A DNA stretch of 64,000 nt, from contig JAXLNO010000627.1 in the NCBI GenBank assembly GCA_038087875.1, positions 62,001 to 126,000 of the forward strand. The letters are read 5' to 3'. Below are positions 48,641-61,255 of the stretch, one piece after another (the stretch's first letter is position 1; every line of letters starts with the position of its first letter). The notes beneath the pieces were generated by a model, which had not been told where the DNA came from, searched no databases, and saw only the letters and a program-made list of their open reading frames with translations. Made by a program: the position numbers and the translations under genes. This DNA comes from Malacoraja senta. Lineage: Eukaryota.

Positions 48641-49391
48641 CTAGATCAAGTGGACCCTTTGGGTCCCAGCATCACACAGGAAGGCTGGACCCCCAGCGCA
48701 ATATTCCATCTCTCCACCAATTACAATATTCGTGGCCAGAGGGGGGGGCTTTCTGGAGCGCTAGTATGGGTGTTGTGTGCTGAAGGGACTGTTTTTCAGA
48801 GGGCTAGTATGGACATTGTGGGCCGAATGGATTCTTGGGCTGGCAGCTCAGTCACTCAAGCCTGTTTTGCTGGAAGCTCACTCACTCACGGCTGGTGGGC
48901 TAGCAGTTGACTCATGGCTATTTCATGAAATTCAATTTCAAGCAGGGTGCAAGGCCACCAAATTCAAGTGCAGTTTCATACCACTTCAAGCAGGGTGCAA
49001 GGCCACCAAATTCAAGTGCGGTTTCATTCCATTTCAAGCTGGGTGCAAGGCCACTAAAGACAGAGAGTCGTGACCTCTCCCTCCCCCATCGTGCAGAGAC
49101 GGACCACACCCACACATCTGGGTTTTATAATCCATCCCCCCACCCACCAGAAGGGGCGTGGCCTTCATGGCGTAATTGACAGCAGAGAATCTCAACATTT
49201 TTAAAACATTGTTTAAACACTAATAACTTTTATTTTTCATCGATGGGAAAAATCCTCGGCACCTGATGAGCGGAGGGACACTCTGAGTAAGATGGCCAAA
49301 AATCACAGCCATACGTGGTAGCATTTTTTCTAAAATTAATATAAAGCGCAAACAGGAAGTGGTCAAGATTAAATTTTTAATTATATATAGA
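48641..49391 (-). mobile_element. Non-autonomous Helitron-like element that truncates the CR1
   Basis: Minus-strand 5' end TCTATATATAATTAAAAAT; 3' hairpin GACCCAAAGGGTC then CTAG|T at 48641; internal ~48-bp tandem x3 (48935-49055). Confidence 0.65.
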
Positions 49392-49556
49392 AGGCAAGGC
49401 AACTTTTAGCACTTTCAAACCAATGGCAATGCAGCTTTAGCAGTTTAAAACCAAAGGCAAGGCAGCTTTAGCACTTTCAAACCAAAGGCAACGCAGCTTC
49501 AGCACTTTCAAACCAAAGGCAACACAGCTTCAGCACTTTCAAACCAAAGGCAACAT
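49392..49556. repeat. 31-bp tandem repeat, about 5 copies
   Basis: AAAGGCAA.GCAGCTT(T/C)AGCACTTTCAAACC. Confidence 0.9.
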
Positions 49557-50814
49557 CGTCGGAGGCATGTTTGCTGCTGGGATTCTTGGGCAGGAAGCTT
49601 GTAGTTGTTTAGTTAGTTTGAGTGTGGTGGATGTATGGAACGAGTTGCCAGAAAAGATAGTTGAGGGAGATAAAATAACAAAATTTAAAAGATACTTGGA
49701 CAGGTGCATGGATAATAAAGTCTCAGCGGAATATGGGCACCATGTGGACTAATGGGACCAACAGATAGGTCGGCATGAACGAGGCGGGCCGATGGACATA
49801 TTTCCGTGCTTTATGGTCAGTCCCTGAATTCACCCTGAGTCAAAGGGCGGGTGGAGGGGGGGGGGGGGGAACCACGTGAAGTGATGGAAGTTTCCATTGG
49901 AGAGTGGGTGATGGGAGACCAGATGATGCTGATATCTCCACTGACCCAGTCCTCACTTTGCCGTTCACATCCCACAGACTGAAGTCCTGTTGTGGTGTTG
50001 CCACACTCTCGTCTTTAGATGTAATCTACAAATGACAATGAAACATTTTATATTTTTTTAAAGATTGTGTAACAACAGATGTTTGGCACCCGGATTTCAT
50101 TGATTTCTGGTTGGGAGGTTGCTTGTGTAGATGTTAGATGTCTGTAAATTGACTCTTGATGCTGCTTAAACTTGGTGACAAGGAAGCTGCTGATGAAAGT
50201 CAGGATATAACTACTGTGCCCAGGCTAAGGATCTGCTCCTTCATTATGTTTTTTTGAAATCAGTTGGGACCAAATCCAGGAAACATAGGGCTGAATTATG
50301 TAGACTGTGCCCTATTAGCAGAATGCTTCTGCATGGACCAGAGGTATTGCAAAAGTTCCCTCGCTTGAGCTGAAAATAAAATGGTCAAAAACTAAGAAAT
50401 CAAATTCTGGTAAAACATAGAATGTTGCTTATTCCAAACATTTGCCCATCAAAAATCTCATTTGCTTGTGTCCACTTACCTGCCAGGCTTTATCCTGCCT
50501 CTCATCTCTCCCAGCTTTCTTCCTACCCCCACCAGTTTGAAGAGGCGTTCTGACCCAAAATGTCACCTATCCATGTTCTCAAGAGATGCTGCCTGATCTG
50601 CTGCTTTACTCCAGCATTTTGTGCCCTTTTGCCTTAAATGCTCGTTGTTCTTATAAGAGAGAGCGGCCTCTAGTGGTGCGTGTGCTTATTTCTATTAACA
50701 TTTCTTCTTTATAACATTAGAACGGAATGTAGTTTTGTTTGAAATGCAGTGGCAGAAGTGCATCCGAAATAGTACAAATCTATAGTATAGAATGCACTAT
50801 CAAGAAGAATATAA

Positions 50815-51189
50815 GAACATAAGATTATTAAGGGTTTGGACACGCTAGAGGCAGGAAACATGTTCCCGATGTTAGGGGAGTCCAGAACCAGGGGCCACAG
50901 TTTAAGAATAAGGGGTAAGCCATTTAGAACGGAGACGAGGAAATATTTTTCACACAGAGTTGTGAGTCTGTGGAATTCTCTGCCTCAGAGGGCGGTGGAG
51001 GCCGGTTCTATGGATGCTTTCAAGAGCGAGTTAGATGGACCACTTAAAGCTAGTGGAATCAAGGGATATGGGGAGAAGGCAAGAATGGGGTACTGATTTT
51101 GGATGATCAGCCATGATCACATTGAATGGCGGTGTTGGCTCGAAGGGCCGAATGGCCTACTCCTGCACCTATTATCTATTATCTATTGT
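50815..51189 (+). mobile_element. CR1 3' end
   Basis: ORF 50836-51096; TCTATT tail. Confidence 0.9.
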
Positions 51190-51221
51190 CGTCTCTCTGT
51201 TCCATTATTCCTGATCCCCAG

Positions 51222-51309
51222 ATGTCCACAGGTGAACAGACCCGGGGATCATCGACTGGAGAATCTACCCAGGAATCATCTTCGGTCCCAGTGAGAGACA
51301 CATCCTCAG
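51222..51309 (+). other. Exon-like segment MSTGEQTRGSSTGESTQESSSVPVRDTSS; the duplicate copy is split by Rex1
   Basis: Polypyrimidine tract...ccccag|ATG...CCTCAG|gtatcc; second copy at 52552-52607 plus 55454-55485. Confidence 0.4.
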
Positions 51310-52607
51310 GTATCCAGGATTGAAGCTAGGTTTCTGACGCTGTAAGGCAGCAACTCTAATGCAGCGCCAGTGTGCTGCCCCCTGAAAGAGGGGGTTTAAG
51401 TGGTGAGTGGGTGGATTGAAAGCTTCAGGAAAGGATTATAACTTGAGTTTGGGTGTGGGGGTGGGTTTTCACTGGGGATCAGACCAGGGCAGAGCAGCAG
51501 TTGAGATGTTAAAGACACGACATGGTAAAACGGTGTAGAGTGAAAACGGTGAGATCAATGGAATATTCATTGGTACTTTGTAAAACTCATTGCCACAGAG
51601 GGCTGTGAAGGCCAAGTCAGTGGATATTTTTAAGGAAGAGATAGACATGTTCTTGATTAGATCGGGTTCTAGGGAGAAGGCAGGAAAATGGGATAAAGTG
51701 GCAGAGATCAGCCATGATTAAATGGCGGAGTAGACTCGATTGGCCTAATTCTACTCCTGTAACTTGTGAACTATTGTCACATGTACCGAGGTACAGTGAA
51801 ATTCATGTTTCCCATCAGTTCAGTACACGTATTACTGCACATCAGCACACTTTAGATACAGTGCAAGTGTATAGAAATAGTACACTAAAACAGTACACAA
51901 GAGTAGCCGGATTTGGCACTATTTTCAGGAACTAGTTTTGTAAGCGCAGAGTTTCTTAGCCGAACCACGAAGTCCCATTTTCCTGGCGACATTGCAGGGA
52001 TGGTGTGGCCAAGTGTATTCGTTGGTGTCCTCTACTGCCGCTCCACCGCTCCGTGCAGCTGCAGGTCACGTTCGGTCCTCTCGCTCAATCTCTGTGAGCG
52101 GCACAAGACCCAGCCGAGCCCAAGGCAGCTGCAGGGCCTCCAGCAGCCCACTATACCACCAAGGATCACTGCACTGTCTCACACAGCCGGTCTGCTTATC
52201 GGCAATATGTTTCTTGCTGCTGCAGCCACCAGCTTGGGTATTTTCATGCCTTTTGTCCAGTGGATTCCCTGTACCCTCCTCGCCAGTTCCTGGTCTTCTG
52301 GGGCGAGCAGGGACCCCTCTCAGGTTTTGCAGTGGGTGAGCCAGGCCTGCTCACTGTCCACAGTCTGTGTTCCCTGGTTGGGGAAGTGGAGTGACGGACG
52401 TTTCAGAAGGAGAGTGGGTGATGGGAGACCAGATGATGCTGATATCTCCACAGAGCCAGTTCCCAATTTGCCGTACACATCACGCAGTCTGATGACCTGT
52501 TGTGGTGTTGCCGCACTCTCGTCTCTCTGTTCCATAATTCCAGATCCCCAGATGTCCACAGGTGAACAGACCCAGGGATCATCGACTGTAGAATCCATCC
52601 AGGAATC

Positions 52608-55448
52608 CGATTCAGATTCCGATTCAAACTTTATTGTCATTGTGCAGTGTACAAGTACAGAGACAACGAAATGCAGTTAGCATCTCACCCAGAAGTGCGA
52701 ACACAGAATTTTCACCACCCTCTGCAGTGCTTTCCGGTCAGAGACAGAGCAGTTGCCATACCGTACTGTGATACAGTTAGTAAGGATGCTCTCGATGGCG
52801 CAACGGTAGAAGTTCACCAGAATCTGAAGAGACAGATGGACCTTCTTTAGTCTCCTCAGGAAGAAGAGATGCTGGTGAGCCTTCTTGATCAGTGTTGAGG
52901 TATTGTGCGTCCAAGAGAGGTCATCAGAGATGGTGACCCCCAGAAACCTGAAGCTGGAAACACGCTCCACCTCCGTCCCGTTAATATGGATGGGGGTGTG
53001 CGTGCCACCCCTAGACCATCTGTAGTCCACAATGAACTCCTTGGTCTTCTTGGTGTTAAGGGCCAGGTTGTTGTCAGCGCACCATGCTGCTAGGAGCTGG
53101 ACCTCCTCCCTATAGGCCGACTCATCATTGTCGCTGATGAGGCCAATCACCATTGTATCATCTGCATACTTGATGATGGTGTTAGTACCATGTACAGGTG
53201 TGCAGTCGTAGGTGAAGAGGGAGTAGAGGAGAGGGCTCAGCACACAGCCCTGTGGAACGCCGGTGTTCAGGGTGAGGGTTGAAGAGGTGTGGTTGTCTAA
53301 CCTAACAGACTGGGGTCTGTTGGTTAGAAAGTCCAGTATCCAGTTGCAGAGGGAGGGATCGATGCCCAGGTCGATGAGTTTAGTGATCAGTTTGGAGGGA
53401 ATAATGGTGTTAAATGCTGAGCTAAAGTCGATGAACAGCATTCTCATGTAGGTGTCTCTGTTGTCGAGGTGGGAGACGGCGGAGTGAAGTGCCGTTGAGA
53501 TGGAATCCTCCGTACTCCTGTTCTTGCGGTAGGCAAACTGATAGGGGTTCAGTGTGGGAGGTAGGCAACCTTTGAGGTGTGCCAGGACCAGCCTCTCGAA
53601 GCACTTGGTGATGGGAGTAAGTGTAACTGGGCGGAAGTCGTTGAGGGAGTGTTTTGGCACCGGCACGATGGAGGTGGTTTTAAGGCACGTGGGGACAGCT
53701 GCTTTGGCAAGTGACAGGTTGAAGATGTCAGTCCAGACATCTGTCAGCTGTGCAGCACAGGCCCTGAGGACACGCCCGGGGATGCCGTCAGGGCCAGCAG
53801 CCTTTCGTGCATTAATCCTGCTCAGTGCCGCATACACATCGATGGGGGTGAGTGTGAGGGGCTGGTGATCAGCAGGGAGCACAGCCTTGATGGCCATCTC
53901 TTGATTGTCCCTGTCAAAGCGGCCATAAAAGTGGTTAAGCTCCTCAAGGAAGGAGGCGTCGCTGGATGTGGGCGTGGTGTTGGTGGGTTTATAGTCCGTG
54001 ATGGCCTGGATGCCTTGCCACATGCGTCGGGGGTCGGAGTTGTTCTTGAAGCGCTCCTCGATCCTTAGCTTGTAGCTGTGCTTGGCCTTCTTGATGCCCC
54101 TCTTCAGGTTAGCCCTGGATGATCTGTAGGCTCGAGCATCGCCTGACCTGAAAGTGGTGTCACGTGCCTTCAGCAGTAGCCTGACCTCTCTGTTGATCCA
54201 TGGCTTCTGATTCGGGAATGTGGTAATCCGTTTGAGGGAGGTGACACTGTTAATGGTGGAGTTGATAAAATCCAAAATGGAGGAGGTATAAGAGTCAATG
54301 TCCGTGTGGGAGTCAAGGGTGGCCTGAGCTGCAAACACATTCCAGTCAGTGTTTCCAAAACGCTGCTGAAGTGTGGAGTCCGCTCCCTCTGACCAAACTT
54401 TAATTGTCCTCACTGTGGATTTAACACGTCTGATGAGTGGGGAGTACTTTGGGAGCAGGAACAATGAGAGGTGATCAGACTGTCCAAGGTGGGGGAGGGG
54501 GACGGCTTTGTAAGCTTCAGCCATGCTTGTGTAAACTTTGTCCAGTATCTTGGCTTCTCTAGTGGCGAAGGAGACATGTTGGTGGAATTATGGGAGTACA
54601 ATCTTCAAGTTGGAGTTATTGAAGTCACCCGCAACAATGAAGGCTGCCTCGGGGTTGTGAGTGTTGTTTGCTAATGGCAGTATGCAGTCCTTTCATTGCA
54701 AGCTTAGCATTAGCATCCGGAGGAATATAGGCTGCAGTCACAACAGTGGAAGTAAACTCTCTGGGCAGATAGAACGGTCTGCATTTAACCATGAGAAACT
54801 CTAGGTTAGCTGAGCAGTGACTCTCGATGATGGTAGTGTCCGTGCACCAAGCTTTATTTACATAAATGCACAGACCCCCCACCTCTGGTCTTACCGGAGT
54901 CTGTTGTTCTGTCCGCTCAGAGTATATGACGCCCCGTTAGCTCGATGGCGCTGTCAGGAACGTCGATGTTAAGCCATGTTTCTGTGAAGATCATGATGCT
55001 GCAGTCTTTAATCCAGTTGTGGGAAGTAATCCGTAGCCGGAGTTCGTCCATTTTGTTCGCCAGTGAGCATACGTTGGCGAGGAAAAGGCTAGGAATCGAT
55101 AGCCTGTGTGGGATTAACTCTAACCTAGCCTTTAACCCACCTCAGCATCAGCGACGGTGTTTGCGTTCGCGTCACCGTCTATGGGTGCTCCCGGTCGGCC
55201 GAGCTGGCTTGGTACGCTCCGCTGTTCCGCTGTTCTGGCTAGTTCAGGAACGAGACGGAGTTCGCCCAAAAAGTTGTTGCAGCTGCAGAAACTGATGTTG
55301 AGAAGTTCCTGTCGGCTGTACGATAGGAACGCAAGACTGCCCCGTGTGAACAGACTTGAAACAACTAAGTAAATTATTGCTAGTTCGCTGATTCTCGTGA
55401 GACACAGGGCGTCGCGATGTGCCCGCGCCGCCGCCATCTTGGAGGGAT
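52608..55448 (-). mobile_element. Near full-length Rex1/Babar LINE with 5-bp TSD
   Basis: 615-aa ORF 52677-54524 ([25 protein letters not shown]); APE fragments upstream; 5' CAAGATGGCG; GAATC-type tail; GAATC at 52603-52607 and 55449-55453. Confidence 0.95.
52677..54524 (-). CDS. Rex1-type reverse transcriptase ORF (APE portion frameshifted off, C-terminus deleted)
   Basis: RT motifs as above. The frame runs into 3' UTR sequence after QRVVKI. Confidence 0.8.
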   Translation of the reverse strand: MAEAYKAVPLPHLGQSDHLSLFLLPKYSPLIRRVKSTVRTIKVWSEGADSTLQQRFGNTDWNVFAAQATLDSHTDIDSYTSSILDFINSTINSVTSLKRITTFPNQKPWINREVRLLLKARDTTFRSGDARAYRSSRANLKRGIKKAKHSYKLRIEERFKNNSDPRRMWQGIQAITDYKPTNTTPTSSDASFLEELNHFYGRFDRDNQEMAIKAVLPADHQPLTLTPIDVYAALSRINARKAAGPDGIPGRVLRACAAQLTDVWTDIFNLSLAKAAVPTCLKTTSIVPVPKHSLNDFRPVTLTPITKCFERLVLAHLKGCLPPTLNPYQFAYRKNRSTEDSISTALHSAVSHLDNRDTYMRMLFIDFSSAFNTIIPSKLITKLIDLGIDPSLCNWILDFLTNRPQSVRLDNHTSSTLTLNTGVPQGCVLSPLLYSLFTYDCTPVHGTNTIIKYADDTMVIGLISDNDESAYREEVQLLAAWCADNNLALNTKKTKEFIVDYRWSRGGTHTPIHINGTEVERVSSFRFLGVTISDDLSWTHNTSTLIKKAHQHLFFLRRLKKVHLSLQILVNFYRCAIESILTNCITVRYGNCSVSDRKALQRVVKILCSHFWVRC

Positions 55449-56539
55449 GAATCATCTTCGGTCCCAGTGGGAAACACATCCTCAGGTACCCAAGCCCCCT
55501 CACACGTTATCGTCTGTCCCTGCAGCCAGCTTTTCAAGAGTTCTGCAATGGACAACAATCCTCCTTGAATTGAGGATGGTTGAGGGAATGCACTCTGGAA
55601 ATGCTGCCTGACCCGCTGAGTTACTCCAGCACTTTGTCTTTTCTTGTAAACCAGCATCTGCAGTTCATTGTGTCTCCACATGGGATTTAGTTTAGTGATG
55701 CAGCACAGAAACAGGTCCTTTGGCTCAATGATTCTGCGCAGTCCAGCGATCACCCCATACACAAGCACTATCCAACACACTAGGGACAATTTACAATTTT
55801 TACTGAAGCCAAATTAACCAACAAACGTGTATGTATATCGAAAGTGGGAGGAAACCGGAGCATCCGGGGAAAACCCACGGGGTCACTGGGATAACATGGA
55901 AACATAGAAAATAGGTGCAGGAGGAGGCCATTCGGCCCTTCGAGCAAGCACCTCCATTCATTGTGATCATGGCTGATCGTCCCCAATCAATAACCCGTGC
56001 CTGCATTCTCCCCATAATAACGTATCAACTGCGCGCAAACAGCATCTACAGTCAGGATCGAAGCCAGGTCTCTGACGCTGTAAGGCAGCAACTCTACCGC
56101 AGCCCCAACGTGCTGCCCCCTGAAAGAGTGAGGGGGTTTAATTGATGAGTGGGGTGGATTGAAAGTTGCAGCAAAGGGTTATAACTTGAGTTTGGGAGTG
56201 GGGTGGGTTTTCCCTGAAGATCAGTGAGGGTCAGACCTGGGCAGAGCAGCAGTTGAGGTATTAAGGACATCAACGTGGTAAAACGGTGCAAAGAGTGAAA
56301 ACTGTGAGATCAGTGGAATGGTCATTGATACTTTGTAAAACTCATTGCCACAGAGGGCTGAGGAGGCCATAATTGGATATTTTTAAGGCAGAGATAGACA
56401 TGTTCTTGTTTACAATGGGTGTCAAGCATTCTGGGGACAAGGCAGGACAATTAGATAAGGTGGCAGAGATCAGCCATGATTAAATGGCAAAATAGACTCG
56501 ATTGGCCTAATTCTACTCCTATATTTGTGAACTTTATTG

Positions 56540-58265
56540 TAACAGTTTGGTTGACTGACAGAAGGCAAAGAGTGTAATTAAAGGATGTATTTTCTGGTTG
56601 GCTGCCTGTGATGAGTGGTGTTCCACAGGGGCCAGTGTTGAGTCCACTACTTTCCATGTTGTATGTTAAAGATCAATCTGATAGAATTGATGGCATTGTG
56701 GACAGCTTTGCGGATAATATGAAGATAGGCGGAGGGGTTGGTAATATTGAGGAAGCAGAGATTCTGCAGAAGGACTTAGACAAGTTGGCATATTGGGGAA
56801 AGAATTTGGCAGATGGAATACAGTGCAGCAAGGTGTACGGTCTTGCACTTTGGTAGAAGGAATAAACGTTTAGACTATTTTCTAAAAAGAGGATTAATAA
56901 ATCTAAATTGGGTGTTGGGAATGCTGGTGCAGGATTCGCAACAGATTAACTTGCAGGTTAAATCGCTAGTAGGGAAGGTAAATACAATGTTAGCATTCTT
57001 TTTGAGAGGACTAGTATTTGATTTGATTTGATTTAATTTATTGTCATTGTCTTCAATTAAGAGACAACAAAATTCTCTTTCCCTAGTCATACAAAAAATA
57101 AAATTAAAAAAAGTTTAAAAAAAACACAAAAACACAGAACACAAAACAAACATCCCCACAGCGGCACCAAAGTTCCCCACTGTGAGAGCAGGAACCAAAG
57201 TCCAGTCCACTCAACCGCCTCACTGATGTTCTCCAATGTTCACCCGTGGTCGGGGCCACCCGAGCACCCCGTAGTCGCCTCAACGGGCGGCCCAATATTC
57301 AGGCCCTCTCGCCGGGAACAATGGAACCCCGACTTCGAACAGGAGAACATCCTCAGCGGCCTGGACCTCTGAATCGGCCACCTTCCACCGGAGTCTGCGG
57401 CTCCCGATGTCCACAGGCCGCGCTGGGCAGAGATTCGCGTTGGCGACCCCCGGCAAAGGGTCCCAGGACTCCGCGATGTTAAAGTCAGCGCCGCCCGCGT
57501 TGGGAGCTCCGCACCCACAGCTGGGAGGGGGGGGGGCAAGAACGCGACTCGGATAGCCGCATCCTCGCCAGGAAGCGACTGAAGGACGGTTTCCCCCTTA
57601 CCCTACCCGCTTCCCCCCACAAAATTACTAAAAAAACTAAAACACACTCTAAACATAACAAAAAATAAAAAAGACAACCAGACCGTTGCGTAGGCAGCCA
57701 GTATATAAAACAAATTATATAAACTTTATAAGGCGCTGGTTAGACCAGCGGAATATTGCGGGCACTTTTTGGCCCCATATCTGAGGAAGCATGTGCAGGC
57801 ATTGGAGATGGTCCATATGTTTATATCAATGATCCCGTGGGTGATTTGTGATGAGGAGTGCGTGACGGCACTGGGCTGTAGTCACTGGAGATTAAAACTA
57901 CTAGGGGGGATCTCATTGAATCCAATCAAATAATGAAAGGCCCAGACAGGGTACAAGTGGGAAGATGTGTCCAGTGGAGGGTAGTCCAAGAACATTCTGA
58001 GAATAAAAGGGCACATAGAGGGCACATTCTGAGAATAAAAGGATGTATCTCTAGCATGGAATTGAGGAAGAATTGTTTTAGCTAAAGGATGGTGAAACTG
58101 GATTTCATTGGCACAGACGGTGGTGGAGGCACTTGGGTATTTTTAAAACAGAGTTTGATAGCTTATTGATTAGTAATGTTGCAGGGGAATGGCGATGAGA
58201 GGGGAAAATGCCATGATGGTGGAGCAAGGCCGTTGGGCTAAATGCCCTAATTTTGCTCCTATGTC
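56540..58265 (+). mobile_element. Old CR1 fragment with a nested minus-strand SINE-like element (57018-57698)
   Basis: SGVPQGPVLSP and FADN motifs. The insert has a TTGTCTT...GAGACAA stem-loop, an (ATCAA)n tail and AGTAT on both flanks. Confidence 0.75.
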
Positions 58266-58844
58266 TTAGTCTTTTAATTGTGTGTTTGGGGTTGGACGTT
58301 CCTCCTTTAGACACTGATGATGTTTCTGGTCTTGGTGACACCACACATCTCCCTAGCCTTTTCCTTTTTCCCCGCACTCCTCAATTCTCTGCCTGATCCG
58401 TAGTTTGACACCACTTGGGCACCCAAGGAAGCCACAACTGGAGACCCTGGTCCCGGTTAGACCAACGCCCCAGCAAGGTCTGTCACCTCAGGAATTAGCA
58501 CTGGGATCATTGATGGGAACACGGATCCCCATTGTCAGTCCTGAAGCTGGTTCCCACTTGGATTGCGGGCAGTGTCAGAGGTTGAGGAAGGAGAGTCAGT
58601 GGAAGAGACAGAGTCAGCGAGTGTTTGAGGTTTCTCTAGACCTTGAAGTCCTCCATTCTACCATTTCCTGTCACATGCTGGTGACGTATTTTGGTGATTC
58701 CACTCTCACTCTCCCGTCTTTTCACTTGTTCCAGGACCGCAGAGTGAAGGAGGTGAGGGACACAAAGAGTCAACAACCGGAGAGCCCAGCGGGACATCGT
58801 CCACAGCCCCAGAGGAAGAGACATGTTCAGGTATCAGGTCTGAC

Positions 58845-59053
58845 CACCCCGTGTGGTCGTCAGTCAGAGACATGTTCAGGTATCAGTCTCTGACTGACGA
58901 CCACACGGGGTGACACTGACTCTGAATGACGACCAAACGGGGTGACACTGGGCACTGGCTCTGACTGGGTCGTCAGTCAGAGTCGGTGCCCAGTGTCACC
59001 CCGTGTGGTCGTCATTCAGAGTCAGTGTCACCCCATGTGGTCATCTGTCAGAG
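58845..59053. repeat. Inverted minisatellite forming an 80-bp-arm hairpin and an alternative 27-bp hairpin
   Basis: 58888-58967 vs 58974-59053 (6 mismatches); 58845-58871 vs 58886-58912 (perfect). Confidence 0.9.
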
Positions 59054-59819
59054 TCGGTGCCCAGTGAGTACCTTGGGCCGTGTCTGTTCAGACTGGGTAC
59101 CGCTGTCCTTGGGTTGTCTGGGTTCCTGCCCTTGTCTCCACCACCATCGCTCTGTCACAGACTGGGTCCCGCGGGCCTTGTCTGCTCATATAGCCGAGTA
59201 ATGGATGCTCTACCACTTCCAGCCCCTTGGCTGCTGACGGAGGAGTGCGAGAGGTAGATCAGCAAGGCACAAGTGCTGTTCGTGAGGGACCAGGACCTGG
59301 GATCGATCGCCTGAGGACAGGGAGGCCTATCTCCAGCAGGTGAGAGTTTACCCGGCAACTGTGCTCACGGTGACCCCCACCCTCCCGCCTCACGCAGCAG
59401 CGACCGCCCGGCAGGGAACGCTCCCGTCTATATCCCCCATCCCCTTACGTTCCTCATCCCGTCAGCCTCCCCGTCCACAGACCGTCTCCACCCCGTCCCC
59501 AGACAGTTTCCCCCCGTCCCCGGGCAGTTTCTCTCCCCTTCCCTAGTAACTCCCCCCATCCCGTCACCCCGTCCCCAGTCACAAGCCCACCCCCCCCCCC
59601 CCCGACCCAGACAACCAGGGTGTGGGGGGAGGGGGGGATTGCCCTGGTGTGAGGGGATGAGGGAGAATTGTTTGGTTTGAGGTTATGGGGTAGATATATC
59701 CACATGATGGAGGAGAGGAGTGAGGAGATGGGGGAGGTGCATCCACACAATGGAGGAGAGGTATGAGGGGATTCTCCAGGATGGAGAAAGGGTGGGTTGA
59801 ATTCCCACTTTAGCAAGAT

Positions 59820-61255
59820 TAAAAAATCTTAAAAACCGTGTGTGCGCAGATCGATCTCCTCTCCTGCCATTCAGCGCTGCGTGGATTGGTCTTTCCTCCT
59901 ATCACTTCGCGGGACGGTCCGCCCCTTCCTGCGCCATCGCGTCTTTACTGGAGCGGTGGATGGCCGGCGGAGGTTTGTATCGGACGCAATTTTCGGAGGG
60001 ACTGGAAACGGCCCGACACGGTAAATGTCGCCAAACGGAAAGCGGAGAATCTGATCTCGGCGGAGGAGAACGACCAGTGACTGCTGTGAGTCTGCTCCAG
60101 CCCCATCCCCTCTGGTCCCCCTTGCTGGCTACTGCCCCCCTCCCCGTGATACCCCCCACAACCTCTGTATTTTCGAGGTCTTTCCCCCGCCGCCCCCACA
60201 ACCCCCCCCCCCCACCTGCCCACACAGCCCCATTCCGCCCTGCCCACACCCCCCTGCCTCACACACACTCCCCTCCCCCACACATCCCCCTGCCCACAAG
60301 CCTACCCACGCCCACAAGCCCGCCCGCCCACACCCCCCTTCCCCCACATACCCCCCCTCCCCCCAGACCTCCCGCACGCCATCCCCCCCTCCCCACACCC
60401 CGCCTCCCCCACAGGTAAAATATTGAAATAGTTAAAACACCCCAGTATTTTCTCCGAGCTCTTCCCCCCGCCCCCATAAACCCCACCCCGCCCACACCCC
60501 TGCCCACACAACCCGCGCACAAGCCCGCCCACCCACACACCCACAGTCCCATTCCACCCCGCTCACACCCTCCTGCCCACAACCCTCCCCCCCGCCCTCC
60601 CCACACAACCACCTCCCCCACACCCCTCCCCCCCTCCTCCACACACACCCCTATATCCCCTCCCCCACACACCCCTCACCCACATTCCCCTCCCCCACAT
60701 ACCCCCCTCGCCACACAACCCCCACCCACCCACCCCCCACATACCCCTCCCCACACACACCCCCCCCCTGCATAACCCCCTCCCGCACACCACCCCCCAC
60801 AGACCCCCCCCATCCCCCTCCCCCACATATCACCCTCTCCACTCAGCGAAAAAGCAGTAGTACGTCATGGGTAATTTTTCGCTCCATCTTGATGGGCTTG
60901 CGATTACCGTCATGGCGTCCACATCTACATCTACAGCTCACTGATTGAATGATACAGATATCCTGACCGAAAATCACACCCTTACGAACAATTATTTTAG
61001 GATAAGCCTTTCTAGAAAACATGCTACTTTTTGCTTCGCCCATTTACAAAATATAGATTTTTGAATTTGGCATTTGATTGGTACAAGACTACAAAGCTCG
61101 TAATATCAATAGTTTTACACACTGTAACTTTCTACATTTCTACTTTTGGGTATGCATGTGGAAATTATGGCTCATGGAATTTTCTCCCACACTACTAGTT
61201 ATATTCGTAACAACATATTTAAATACGTGAAATTTTCGATCTTTCCCAACCCCTT
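59820..61255. mobile_element. Probable non-autonomous DNA element with CpG-rich ends and C-rich interior
   Basis: Composition resembles the other non-autonomous elements in this window; CTAGT at about 61195; termini not resolved. Confidence 0.3.

Noticed and set aside
50660..50680. CTCF-like motif CCACTAGAGGCCGC on the minus strand
   Set aside because: A single imperfect match cannot be supported without ChIP or conservation data.
51913..52680. 255-aa and 162-aa (58405-58893) ORFs
   Set aside because: Non-ATG starts, no recognisable domains, and the first spans repeat and duplication boundaries.
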